Notes: a model not told the origin generated them from the letters alone. A stretch of 64,000 nt of DNA from Chiloscyllium plagiosum (GCF_004010195.1 NC_057754.1:7974747-8038746); one strand, 5' to 3'. Positions 50,028-62,600 are shown, counted from the stretch's first letter. Program-made: numbers and translations.

Positions 50028-52230
50028 AGAACATAGGGAATATAGAACATTCCAGCGCATACAGGCCCTTCGGCCTTCAATGTTGTGCCAACCTGCGAAA
50101 CCAATCTAAAGTCCATCTATCCTACACCATTCCATTCTCGTCCATGTGCCTATCCAATGACCATTTAAATGCCCGTAAAGTTGGTGAGTCTACTACTGTT
50201 GCAGGCAGTGTGTTCCACGCCCCTACCACTCTCTGAGTAAAGAACCTACCTCTGACATCTGTCCTCTATTTATCACTCCTCAACTTGAAGCTATGTCCTC
50301 TCATGCTAGCCATCACGATGTGAGGAAAAAGGCTCTCACTGTCCACCCAATCTTACCCTCTGATTATCTTATATGTCTCAATTAAGTCACCTCTCAACCT
50401 TCTTCTCTCTAACGAAAATAGTCTCAAGTCCCTCAGCCTTCCTCGCACGACCTTCCCTCCATACCAGGCAACATCCTAGTAAATCTCCTCTGAAAACCCT
50501 TTCCAAAACTTCTATATCCTTCCTATATTGCGGTGACTAGAATATCATGTAATACTCCATGTGCGGCCGCACCAGAGTTTTGTACAGCTGCAGCGTGACC
50601 TTATAGTTCTGAAACTCGATCCCTCTACCAATAAAAGCTAACATACCATATTTTCTTAACAACCCTATCAACCTGGGTGGCAACTTTGTGGGATCTATGT
50701 ACATGGACACCAAGATCTCTCTGCTCATCTACACGACCAAAAATTTTACCATTTGACCATTACTCTGCATTCCTGTTACTCCTTCCAAAGTGAATCACCT
50801 CACACCTTTCTGCATTAAAACTCCATTTGCTATCTCTCAGCCGAGCTCTGCAGCTTATCTATGTCCCTCTGTAACCTACAACATCCTTCGACACTATCCA
50901 CCACTCTACTGACCTTAGTGTCATCCTCAAAGTTACTAGCCCATCCTTCTACACCCTCATTCAAGTCATTTATAAAAATGACTAAACAGCAGTGGACCCA
51001 AAATAGATCCTTGTGGTACACCACTAGTAACTGATCTCCAGGATGAACATTTCCCATCAACCACCAAATCCCACGGCTCCGTATTTTGTGCAATAGCCTA
51101 CCATGGGGAACCTTATCAAATACCTTACTGAAATCCATATACACCACATCAACTGCTTTACTCTCAACCACCTGTTTGGTCATGTTTGTGAGGCATGATG
51201 TACCCTTCACTAAACCATGTTGACTATCTGTAATCAACTTATTCCTATCAAGATGATTATAAATCCTATCTGTTATCACCCTGTCCAACACGTTACCCAT
51301 AACCGAAGTAAGGCTCACCAGTCGATAATTACTAGGATTGTCTCTACTCCCTTTCTTGAACAGGGGAACAACATTTGCTATCCTCCTGTCTTCTGGTACT
51401 ATTCCTGTGGACAATAACGACATAAAGATCAAAGCCAAAGGCTTGGCAAACTCCTCCCCAGCTTCCCAGAGAATCCCATCCGGCCCAGGGGATTTATCTA
51501 TTTTCACACTTTCCAGAATTCCTCCTTGTGAACCTCAATCCCATTTAGTCCAGTAGTCTCGACAGCATTGTCATTTTCCAGTGTGAATTCTGACGAAAAA
51601 TGTTCATTTAGCGCTTCCCCTATCTCCTCTGACTCCACGCACAACTTCCCACTACTGTCCTTGATTGGCCCTAATCTTACTCTAATCATTCTTTTGTGCC
51701 ATATATACCTATAGAAAGCTTTAGGGTTTTCCCTGATCCTATCCGCCAACAACTTCTCATGTCCCCTCCTCACTTGTCTTAGCTGTCTCTTTAGATCTTT
51801 CCTAGCTACCTTGTAACTTTCAATCACCCTAACTGAGCCTTCACATCTCATCCTAACATAAGCCTTCTTCTTCCTCTTGACGGGAGATTCAACTTCCCTA
51901 GGAAACCCCGGCTTCTGCGCTCAACAATTTCCTCCCTGCCTGGCAGGTACATACTTATCAAGGACACGCAGTAGCTGTTCCTTGGACAAGCTCCACATTT
52001 CTATTATGCCCATCCCCTGCAGTTTCCTTCCCCATCTTATGCATCTTCAATCTCGTCTAATCGCATCGTAATTGCCTTTACCCCAGCTATAATTCTTGCC
52101 CTGCGGTATATACCTATCTCTTTCCATCGCTGAAGTAAACATAACTGAATTGTGGTCACTGTTACCAAAGTGCTCGCCTACCTCCAAATCTGACACCTGG
52201 CTGGGTTCATTCCAGTACCAAATCCAATTT
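50028..52230 (-). mobile_element. Degenerate CR1 LINE ORF2 (late endonuclease, RT, 3' UTR)
   Basis: KIDKSPGPDGI...ANVVPLFKKGSRDNPSNYRLVSLTSV...[16 protein letters not shown]...FINDL...FEDDTK. Confidence 0.93.
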
Positions 52231-52514
52231 GATCATTTATTGCCCAAAGGGCAGTTAGGAGCCAACCACATTCATCAGTAGTCCAGGTAAGGATGGAAGT
52301 TTTTTTCCCTAAAGCACATTGGTGAGCTTGATGGCTTTTTCCTGACAATTAGCAGTGGTCATGATTAAAACAAAACTCTTAATTCCAAATTTCTAATTGA
52401 ATTCAAGTTCCACAATCGGCCATAGTGAGATTCAAACATAGTTCTGCAGTACTACTCCTGGGTTTCTGGATAGTCTAGTGTTGTTATCACTAGAACATCA
52501 CCTCCCTATGCAAT

Positions 52515-52918
52515 GGAATTCGAGAGGCTGGATGGGCTGGGACTCCCTTCCCTGGAGCATAGGAGCTTGGAGGGGTGACCTGTTAAAATCATGAGGGGCA
52601 TAGATAAGGTGAACGGCAATGGTCTTTTCCCTAGGGTGGAGGAGCTGAAAACTAGAGGGCATAGGTTTAAGGTGAGAGGAATAAGATTTAAAGGGGACTT
52701 GAGGGGCAACGTTTTCACAGAGACGGTAGTTTGTATGGGGAGTGAGTTGCCAGAGGAAATGGTGGATGCAGGTACAATATTTGGACAGGGACATGAATAG
52801 GAAAGGTTTAGAGGGATATGTGCCAGTTGCGGGCAAATGGAACTAATTTGGTATGGGAAAGCCTGGTGATCATGGATGAGTTGAGCCAAAGGGTCTCCTT
52901 TCATGCTGTATGACTCTG
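52515..52918 (+). mobile_element. CR1 3' fragment
   Basis: LFPRVEELKTRGHRFKVRG.RFKGDLRGNVFT. Confidence 0.88.
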
Positions 52919-54100
52919 GAAGCTCCCCTCTGCAACAACCAGTGTAAAACGACTTCAGTAAACTGAAAACAATTGCAAGTATGCACGTGTAAAAACCTTC
53001 CAGTGTTTGCATAATTGGGGATTTGAAGCTGCACTGTCAGTATAACCCACCCCCCCGCCCCCCCCAATATACCTCATGGCTAGACCCTTAGAGACGGTCA
53101 CCCCCATCCCAGTCTCAATCAGCGAGGTCTCAGTGTGGATTTAGGTGGGATTGCAGCATCCTTTAGTAATAAAGTTTTAATAAAGTCCCTGTCTCAAAAT
53201 TCCACAAAAAGATAATTTCTCCATCAAAAAGGGAAAACTCCAGCCTCCGTAATTGGAATAAAAATCGAATTAAATCAGAATGATAACTTCAGGGTAGAAT
53301 GCCTGAGAAGAGGTATAAGCTCAGAATTAAGATTTTTAAAATACAATTCTTTCTTTGTTGCCTGGATAAGGGCATTGCTGGCTGGACCAGCGTTAGCTCC
53401 CCGTCCCTAATTGCCCCTTGAACTTTCTCAGCCATTGCACAGGGCAAGTTCACAGTCAGCCATCTAACTGCCGTCACATGTAGGGACGGACTGGGTAATG
53501 GCCTTCCCCCAAAGGGATTAAATGAACTGGGAGGTGTTGTGGTCATCGTTGCTGAGACGAGTTTTCAAGCGTGGAATTCTGTTTTTTAATTAAAAGAGTT
53601 GTGATTTCAGCTACTGTCATTGGAGGAACTGAACTCCTCTTTCCTGAGTAGGGCCACTGGTTCACTGCGCCCGTGATATTTCCACTCTGTCGCCCTGGGG
53701 AAGGTGGCAGTACTTGGGGGTCGGTTCAGAATGTGTCAGGAAGCGAGCTCCAGGTTTTCGAGCCAGCTTCAAGTCAGATGGTGAGTAGTGCAGAGGGGAG
53801 CTTGCAGGAGGGTGGTAATCCCGTGTACCTGCTGCCCTCGTTCTTCTGGATGGTAGAGGTCATGGGGTTTGAAAAGTGCTGTCTTACGGAGCCTTGTTGA
53901 ATGTCTTACATCTTGTACCCCCAGCTGCTGCTGAGCGTCGGTGGTGCAGGGAGGTGGATGTTTGTGGATGTGATACCAGTCACACTCTTTTATCTTGGAG
54001 GGTATCGAGTGTTGTTGGAGCTGCACCCACCCAGGTGGCTGGGGAGCGTTCCATTACACTCCTGAATTGTGCCTTGTAGATGGTGGACATGCTCTGGGGA

Positions 54101-54194
54101 CAAGATCAGAGTGGTGCTGGAAAAGCACAGCAGGTCAGGCAGCATCCGAGGAGCCGGAAAAATCGACGTTTCAGGCAGGAGCCCTTCATCAGGA
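54101..54194 (-). mobile_element. Penelope-type family B arm with a perfect 12-bp target duplication
   Basis: ATGCTCTGGGGA at 54089-54100 and 54195-54206. Confidence 0.82.
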
Positions 54195-54196
54195 AT
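54161..54196 (-). ncRNA. Minimal type-I hammerhead ribozyme motif (family B, intact core)
   Basis: Minus strand AUUC CUGAUGA A GGGC UCCU GCCU GAAA CG UC GAUU: complete core, stem II closed by G.U, palindromic ACGU stem III, GUC cleavage triplet, weak stem I. Confidence 0.7.
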
Positions 54197-54363
54197 GCTC
54201 TGGGGAGTCAGGAGGTGTGTTGCTTACTGCAGGATTTCAAACACCCTGCTCTGCTCCTGTTGCCATAGCATTTAGATGACGAAACTTCACATTAGGTTAA
54301 AATGTGGCATAGTTCATTGTGACCGAACCCCTTAACCCTGAACATGGGAAAGTATGAAGGTAT

Positions 54364-54545
54364 GATTTGGAGAAGCCGGTGTTGGACTAGGGTGTACAAA
54401 GTTTAAAATCACACAACACCAGGTTATAGTCCAACAGATTCATTTGGAGGCACTAGCTTTCGGAGCGTTAAGGGGCAGCGCTCCGAAAGCTAGTGCATCC
54501 AGATAAACCTGTTGGACTATAACCTGGTGTTGTGTGAGTTGTAAC
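54364..54545. mobile_element. Palindromic Penelope-type family A element
   Basis: Inverted arms meet inside hammerhead stem II (TTTCGGAGCG...CGCTCCGAAAGCTAGTG). 13-bp duplication TATGAAGGTATGA at 54353-54365 and 54546-54558. Confidence 0.82.
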
Positions 54546-54629
54546 TATGAAGGTATGAGGAGCAATATGGCTGCGGTGGATTGGGAAATTATGTTAATGG
54601 GCAATGGTTAGTATTTAAAGAATTACTGC

Positions 54630-54850
54630 TTGCCAACAACAGTTCAACCTATCCTGACTTCACCACCATGCCCCCACCTCCCCCATTATCTACAGCTTCC
54701 CCTACAACACCCCCCCCCCCCCCAGTTCTCAAGAATGGTTACACCTGAAATGTTGACTTCTCCACTTCCTGATGCTGCCTGGCTTGCTGTGTTCTCCCAG
54801 CCTCCTGATTATCCACTTTGGATTCCAGCGTCTGCAGGTTTTTAGTCTCT
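54630..54850 (+). mobile_element. Penelope-type 3' end (another subfamily) with decayed hammerhead
   Basis: CAGTTCTCAAGAATGGTTACACCTGAAATGTTGACT...GATGCTGCCTGGCTTGCTGTGTTC...GGATTCCAGCGTCTGCAG. A related piece lies at 56320-56450. Confidence 0.6.
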
Positions 54851-55060
54851 ATCCAAGTAATTCCTGCAGCCTCCCTGCCTCCTCAACATTACCTAGCATT
54901 CCACCTATCTTTGTGTCAGTTGCAAACTTAGCAATAACACCCTCAGTTCTGTTGTCCAGATCATTAATGTATAATGTGAATATTTGTGGTCTCAACACTG
55001 ATCCCTATGGAACTCCACTAGTCACTGGGTGCCATCCTGACAAAGACCCCTGTCTCTATT

Positions 55061-55190
55061 ATTCCTGATGAAGGACTTTTGCCCGAAATGTCGATTTTAC
55101 TGCTCCTCGGATGCTGCCTGAACTGCTGTGCTTTTCCAGCACCACTAATCCAGAATCTGGCTTCCAGCATCTGCAGTCATTGTTTTTACC
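55061..55190 (+). mobile_element. Penelope-type family B arm starting at the hammerhead, inserted in an old minus-strand CR1 RT (~54860-55700)
   Basis: ATTC CTGATGA A GGAC TTTT GCCC GAAA TG TC GATTT. Host peptide EDWKMPNVTFLFKKEGRQKTGNYRPVHL. Confidence 0.78.
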
Positions 55191-57039
55191 CATCTGCCAG
55201 TCAGCCAATCCTCTATCTGTGGCAGTACCTTGCCCTTAACACCATGGCAGCCTATTGTACAGCAAATAGATTCACCAAATCTATTTTCAAATGGATCACT
55301 GGATCTTCTATGTCTAAATTGCTTGTTGCCTTGTCAAAGAATTCTAGCAGATTTGTCAGGCATGACATCCCCTGAAGAAGCCATGCTGAGTCCTCTCTAT
55401 TTTACCATGCATTTCCAAGTACTCCACATCTCATCCTTAATAATGGACCCTAAAACTTTACTAACGACTGAGATCAGGTGAACTGGTCTATAGTTTCCTG
55501 TCTTCTGCCTTCCTTCCTTCTTAAACAGGAATGTTACATTAGGCATTTTCCAATCCTCTTGAAACCCCCTTGACTCCAGTGATTCCTGAAAGATCAGCAG
55601 CAATGCCTCCACAATCTCCTCAGCTCTCCTTTTGGATCCCTGAAGTGGAGGTGATTTATCCACCTTCAGACTTTTCAGCTTCCCCAGCATCTTCTCCTTA
55701 TGATGGCCACTACACTCCCCTCTACTCCCTGATTCTCTTGAAGAACACGTGGGTGCATCAGGAATGGATACAAATGTGGCCTTATGATGTAACTAAGACC
55801 TCATTGTGATTTTAATTGAATGGGCTGAAAACCACATTGCTCAGTAAAACTTTGAGGGACTGTGTGATGATTGGGTACATTACAATATAGTTAGTGAATT
55901 TTCAAGAAATATTTAGAGATTGCTTATTTCTGTATTTTTTGTGACTGAACTCTCACTTGACATTGGTACAATTTTAACTTTATTGCTTTGGTTGAAGTGA
56001 CAGCTGAAGTTTCTTGGATATGCATCAGGTCCCTATGTTTCATGAGGAAGGGAGTTTCTGATCCATGTTCACTCCAAATGCGTGTAGGCCAGAGTGTTGG
56101 TCCTCCCTTACCCTTGACTGTCCTGAACATTTTCACCTCAGGCTTCTTCGAGGTTATTATAGAGAATCTCATCCACATCTCCAAGTCTGCTGTGTGCACA
56201 GTTGTATCAAGTAGGTCCCAAATGCTCAATTTGCCAGGTCCAGCCATTACATAACTTGTGTCAAGGATAACAACAATCGGTGTGAGAGAACATGGGGATT
56301 TGCAGCATTGACTGACTTCCCTCTTGTCTATGTCCTCCTGATACTGCCTGCCTTGCTGTGTCCCTCTCCCTCCTGATACTGCCTGCCTTGCTGTGTTCTC
56401 CCAGCGTCCTGCCTGTCTATTTTGGATTCCAGCATCTGCAGGTTTATTTTAACCTCTAACCTTGTACGGGGACCAGAGGAATATGCAATATTGAGGTTGA
56501 TTCACGAAAGATACTTTTGACCTTGCCGCACGAAGGAGTGAAGCAACTGCTGAGTTTATCTGATGAAGGATCTTTAATTACCCCAAAGCAATTTAAAGAT
56601 ATAGAGATGTTGTACACTGATCGATAATGAACCTCCCCGCTTCTGTTTGGTGAGTTAACCTAACCTGCCATGGAGCAGCAAAGAGGTAAACTCACTGGGT
56701 ACGTAAAATCGGATCAAGATGAGAAAGCGTTTTATGGTTGAAAATAGAGTTAGTCAAAGAATACAGACAGGTGCTGACCCAGATAACAAAACTGTTATTA
56801 CACAGCGAGTGTGTGTGTGTGTGCGGTGTGTGTGTGTATGTATGTGTGTGTATGTGTGTGTGTGTGTGTGTGTGTGATTTAGATCTCCCATTTTCAGAGG
56901 CTGGAGGGGGTAGGGCTAGGAGCAGGAATAGGTCATTCACCCCCTCAAACCTCCTCCCCCGTTCCATCCAATCGTGGATGATCTCATCTTGGCCTCAACT
57001 CCACTTACCTACCTGTGACCCAAAGCACGTCAACCTAAT

Positions 57040-57463
57040 GGGACGACACAGTAGCTCAGTGGTTAGCATTGTCTGCCTCACAGTGCCAAGGACCCGGGTT
57101 CAATTCCAGCCTTGGGGACTTTTCTCTCTGTCTGGAATTTGCACATGCTCCCCATGCCTGCGCGGGTTTCCTCCAGGTGCTCCAGTTTCCTTCCACAGTC
57201 CAAAGATGTGCAGATTTGGGTGGATTAGCCCTAATAAATCGTCATGTAGTGTCCAGGGATGTGCAGGCTGGGTGGACTGGCCATGGTAAAATTTGGGGTA
57301 TTGGGAGACAGGATAGTGGGGGTGTGAATGTGGGAGGAAACCGGAGTGCCTGGCAGAAACCCCGTGACGACAAGGGGCAAACTCCCCCACAGTTACCTGA
57401 GGCTGGAACCGAACCCCAGGTCCCCTGGCGCTTTGAGGCATCAATGCTAGCCACTGAGCCACC
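57040..57463. mobile_element. Two HE1/V-SINE-like copies joined tail-to-tail (+ 57040-57330, - 57325-57463)
   Basis: GCTCAGTGGTTAGCATTG head at the left, and its reverse complement CAATGCTAGCCACTGAGCCAC at the right. Confidence 0.8.
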
Positions 57464-57859
57464 CTACGCTCATTTCAGTCCATTTGAAATAATGTCTCAG
57501 GAGACATTTGTGAGGAAGTATTCTGTGGTTTGTTAACCCTGTCCATGAAGAGGGTTCTAATTCCCTTCTTCGGTCACCTTCCGGGAGTTCAGAGTCAGTG
57601 GCTTTTGCATTGCGGATCGCCAAAATGTGGAGTCCAAACCATCTGCTTCCAAAGCTTTTGACATTTAACCTTCTAAGCTCCAGCCAATCAGACCTCTCAA
57701 TGCAGCAGGCGCCAGTTCTCGAAGTTAGCTCTTGCCCCCTCATTCCAAACACACCGCAATCTCTGCTTCACGTCCCTGGATTGATTGCTGCCTTGGTCCT
57801 GTTGCGAAGTTGGGTAGTGTAATTCCAGATTGGGAGGCAGGAAGTTGGCATTTGGTGTT

Positions 57860-58756
57860 TGTAAGATGTTAAAGGATGGAAAGCATTGCGTGGTCCCTTT
57901 AAAAGACGGTGCTTTTTTCTGTGCTGAGAGGTTAAAATGGATGTCTGTGAGCAGCAGCTTGATCATTTGCTAGTATACAGAGAACTCGAACTGAAATGTT
58001 TGTATTGAAAGGCTGTACAGTTTAGCAGGCCAAGCATCAGTTTTAACCAAGACAACAGGTTTTTGAATTTAGCCATTCAATTTGAACCAGGTTCTTAGAT
58101 ACCAAAAAAACTATTAAATTTAAATCTGATAGTTTTGACAACAGAGGACCAATCCTATTGTAGAAATATTGGTATGTCATCTCGAGTATAAGAGAAAGGG
58201 GGCAGTTGGACAAATCCCCTCAGAACAAGCTGCCATCCCCAATAGCTAATGGCCCTGAGCTCTCAAGAGAGAATCGTTGGCTCTGACAGCCTCCTCTGTG
58301 TCTTTGAGAAAACACCATCTAAATAACAACGGTACCAATGACAGAGAAGACATTCCTGACAGAAGGATCAACAGAGAAAACACAGAACATTCCGGAAGAC
58401 GCATAGCCTCGTTACAATTTCAAGAAACTAAATTCTTTTTTTTTGTATATGAGTGGGACTCATATTTACTGGAACAGCACACCGTTAGAATCTTGCTTTA
58501 TTCAGGAATAGTTGATAGATAGACGGGGTTTATTCGGTTTGTTAATAGTTTCGTGAATTTGTTCACAGTTAAGAGTTAGATGAATAAATTGTAATTGTTG
58601 ATTTTAAAGTGAGAGTCAGGGATTTATTGGAGCTGCTGAAAAGCAAATTGCACCATTTTCCACACTCCATTTTACAGATTATAGGGTGAGGTGCTCCCCT
58701 TTGGGTGTTTTGGTTTTGGTTCCCAGAGAGCGGGGGTCCATCGCCGCTCGACAACA
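57860..58756 (+). mobile_element. Possible solo LTR (~900 bp)
   Basis: TG...ACA ends, with CCAAT (~58149), TATAAG (~58187) and AATAAA (~58583) in LTR order. No target duplication recognised. Confidence 0.4.
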
Positions 58757-59744
58757 GTCCCTGGGTTGGCACTCAGCAGATTATCGGAAGTGTTTGGAAC
58801 GACAGTATTCCATTTAATTACCCATGTCCAGTGGGAGCTTTTGGGCTTTGTTTGTTTGCTGCCTTTGTGAAGATTTTAAAAGCTGCACCTCAGGCATTAT
58901 GGCATAAAAGCTGGAGCCATCTCGGGTCCTAGGCGAGTGAGTGGGTGGCCTGGCAGTGTGCCTGGCCATGGATGAAGCGAGTGGCCAGGTTAGTTCAGAG
59001 CTTGTTGCTTCAACATTGATCATCAATTACTGTTTGCACTGAACAGTGTTCATTTACCTGTTAAATGTTAAATCAGTCTCTCATGTTGTCTTACCCTGAG
59101 CTGTTCTCTCCTGGAGTGTATGTGCTGCTATCTGTGAAGGTCTGCTGGCCTGCAGATAGTTTATTGCTCTAAGCTGGTGTACAATGAGGAAGGAATCTCT
59201 GTTCAGTCCCTGACTCTTACATCATTTACCAGGCTAGCAGGGACAACAAAAGGTATACTACAGTTCATGGCAGATGGTGACATTCTGTCCAAATAAGGTC
59301 CAAAATGGGTCTCTTAGCTCCCAACCGCTACTCCAGACTGTAAACTCTTGTTTCCTTTTCTTTATATTTTGTTTTCTCGTTCATCCATTGTCCTATCCGG
59401 TGGTAATTTAGGAGATCAGAGAATCAGTGATCGAATAGGCCTGTACTCCCTGAAGTTAAGATGGATGAGCATTGATCATTGAAATTTGTCGTAGTGCTGA
59501 GCATTTGACAAGGTGGATACTGAGGGACTGAGCTGGAAAATTTAGAATCGGGGTCCACAAGATGAGAACTCATCAACTTAGGACTGAGTTGTTTCGGTTC
59601 AGTCAAAAAAGCAGGCATTGGACAAACTTCACTGTGTTGATATCAGGAATCAGTAATAAAACCGAAAATGGTGGGAGGGGCGAAGGAAAACTCATTGCTT
59701 TTCTCATGCCCTGTTTCTTTTTGGTGTCTGGCTTTTCCATTGCG

Positions 59745-60340
59745 CTGGGTTAGCTCAGTTGGCCGGACAGCTGCTTTGTGACACAGAGTAATACCAACAG
59801 CACAGGCTGAGGTTAAGGTGAGAGGGGAAGGATTTAAAAGGGACCCGAGGGGCAACCATTTCACACAGAGGGTAGTTCAAACGTGGAACCAGCTGCCGGA
59901 GGAAGTGGTAGCTGCAGGTACAACACTTAAGACGACATTTCGAAAGATGCATGAATTGGGGGAAAGTGGGGATTGAAGATGCTGGAGATCAGAGTTGAGA
60001 ATGTGGTGCTGGAAAAGCACAGCAGGTCAGGCAGCATCCAAGGAGCAGGAGAATCGACATTTCAGACATAAGCCCTTCATCAGGAATGATTCCAGATGAA
60101 AGGTTTATGACGTGAATTGGGAAGGTTTAGAGGGATATGGGCCGAATGCAAGCAAATGGGACTACTTTAATTTGGGATATCTAGTTGGAGTGGACGTGTT
60201 GGACCGAAGGGTCTGTTTCCGTGCTATATGACTCTATGACTGAGTTTACCATGACAGGACACTCCCTCTCATCTCAGGTTAAAGCTAGTCACCTCTGTTA
60301 AATGAAAGCAGCCCTGCAGTGCAGTCCGGTGACTTTACCC
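59745..60340 (+). mobile_element. Nested stack: family-3 SINE interrupted by a CR1 3' end (59816-60239), itself interrupted by a Penelope family B element (59961-60110)
   Basis: CR1 flanked by CTGAGGTTA / CTGAGTTTA. Penelope-type insert flanked by CATGAATTGGG / CGTGAATTGGG. Confidence 0.8.
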
Positions 60341-60589
60341 AATGTAGGTAAATTAGCTGAGTTGCGTGCACAGCAGTCTGCAGTGCAGAGTTGAACGAAC
60401 AGTGTGCGTTCAGTTGCTGGACTGGATCATGAGACTCCTGCCCCTTCTCAACCTTGTGTGAGATGGCGTGACCCTCAGCTTGAACTCACTGCCAGTTGCC
60501 TCTCTCTAATGAGTAGGTCAATGATGACTTGACTTTAGGTTTTCTATCTCTCAATCTTGCCTGAATTCCATCCTATTTCAAACCCTCCT

Positions 60590-61730
60590 TTAGTCATACA
60601 GCACGGAAATAGACCATGCTGGCAAACTTTCCCAAATTAAACCAGGGCCACTTGCCTGAGTTTAGCTCATATTCCTACTAAACCTTTCCTATTCATGTAC
60701 CTGTCTAAATGTTTTTTAAACGTTGTAACTCTAACTACATCTACCACTTTCTCTGGCAGCTCGTTCCAACTATGTACCACCCTCTGCATGAAAAAGTTGC
60801 CCCTCGGGTCCCTTTTAGATCTTTCTCCTCTCCTTAAAAATATACCCTCTGGTTTTGGACTCCCCTATCCTGGGGAAGGAGACCTTGGCTATTCACCTTA
60901 TTTATGCACCTCATGATTTTATAAACCTCCATAAGGTCACCCATCACCTCCTACCCTCCTATCCAACCTCTCCTCATCACTCCATTCCCAGCAACATCCT
61001 TGTAAATCCTCTCTGCAACTGTGCCATTCAAGATCGGAGACGGTTACAGAGAGCGGTGAGCTCGGCCTGGACAATCACAAAGGCCAACCTCCCATCTATA
61101 GAATCCATCTACCAGGCCCGCTGTCAAGGAAAGGCCGCCAGCATTCTCAAAGACCCATCCCACCCTGGCAATGTTTCTCTACAACCTCTACCATCGGGGA
61201 GAAGGTACAGAAGCCTGAACACACGCACCAGCCAGTTTCGAAACAGCTTCTACCCTAGTGTTGTTAGAATACTGAATGGACTCACAAACATTCACCTGTA
61301 GCTGTGTTTTTGCTGCTGTTTATCTATTATTTATTTATCTATGCTACTTAACTGCCTGTATCGCTCGCATTTTTCACGGTGCCTCGGTACACGTGACAAT
61401 CAATTCAATTCAATTCTCTGAACCTTTAATAATATTTAATTTAATTACATCCCTCCTATAGCAAGGTGATCAGCTCTGTACACAGTATGCCAAAAGTGGC
61501 CTCTCAAACAAACCTGTACAACCTCAACCTGACAACTGACTCCTTTACTCAATGGCCTGAGCTATGAAGACTCAATGAGGCATTCTAAACACCTTCAACC
61601 TGTGATTTAATTTTTAAAGAACTATATACTCCTGAATGCCTAGGTCTCTCCATTCGATAACACTACCCAGAGCCTTACCATTAACTGTATAAGTCCTGTC
61701 CTTGTTCGTCTTACCAAAATTTAATACCTC
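60590..61730 (-). mobile_element. CR1 3' fragment interrupted by a Rex1/Babar-like element
   Basis: Reverse-complement CR1 UTR and ORF end on both sides of 61015-61415. Confidence 0.78.
61015..61415 (+). mobile_element. Rex1/Babar-like LINE 3' fragment
   Basis: DRRRLQRAVSSAWTITKANLPSIESIYQARCQGKAASILKDPSHPG...LPSGRRYRSLNTRTSQFRNSFYPSVVRILN. Tail GTACACGTGACAAT(CAATT)n. Confidence 0.85.
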
Positions 61731-62270
61731 CTTGTCCCACCCAGTGCCTACTCAAACATATTACACCTCTGGCATTTCCCAGTTTTACAGAAAGGCCTGA
61801 AGCCTGTTTCTGGTTAGTTGCTGCACGGCTGGCTGCGTTTTGTGTTTAATCCCCTTTCTGTGGCAGCGTTCCAAAGTCACGAACTCCGCCATGAAATAAC
61901 TCCACCTCACCTCTCGCCCTTGGAAGGTGACCCCCTAATCGTAAAACTTTGCCACCTGTTTCTGGACCCAGTCAGCACCAGCTGGGACTGGTTTCTCTGG
62001 AGTGTCGGAAGCTGATGGGTCGCCTTATAGAGGCTTATGAAATCACGAGGGGCTTGGATGGGGTGAATAGACAAGGTCTTTTCCCCAGGGTAGGGGAGGG
62101 AGAAACTAGAGGGCATCGGTTTAACGTGAAGAGGGTGAAAGACATAGAAGGGACTTGTAGGGCAACGTTTTCATGCAGAGAGTGGTGCATGTATGGAATG
62201 AGCTGTTGGAGGAAGTGGTACATTTGCACCATTTAAAAGACATTCTGACTGGGTGCATGAATAGGAAGGG

Positions 62271-62600
62271 TTTAGATTAGATTAGATTAGATTACATTAC
62301 AGTGTGGAAACAGGCCCTTCGGCCCAACAAGTCCACACCGGCCCTCCGAAGAGCAACCCACCCAGACCCATTCCCCTACATTTACCCCTTCACCTAACAC
62401 TACGGGCAATTACACATGGCCAATTCACCTGGCCTGCACATGTTTGGACTGTGGGAGGAAACCGGAGCACCCGGAGGAAACCCACACAGACACAGGGAGA
62501 GTGTGCAAACTCCACACAGGCAGTCGCCTGAGGCTGGAACTGAACCCAGGCCTCTGCCGCTGTGAGGTAGCAGTGCTAACCACTGTGTCACTGTGCCATC
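62271..62600 (-). mobile_element. HE1/V-SINE-like SINE inserted in a CR1 3' fragment (61975-62690)
   Basis: (TAGAT)n tail at 62272-62294, head at ~62600. GGGTTTAGATTAG / GGGTTTGGATTAG on the flanks. Confidence 0.88.

Noticed and set aside
55924..56254. Overlapping ORFs on both strands in non-repetitive sequence (also 48294-48524)
   Set aside because: No recognisable domain or convincing splice signals, and the length is within chance expectation.
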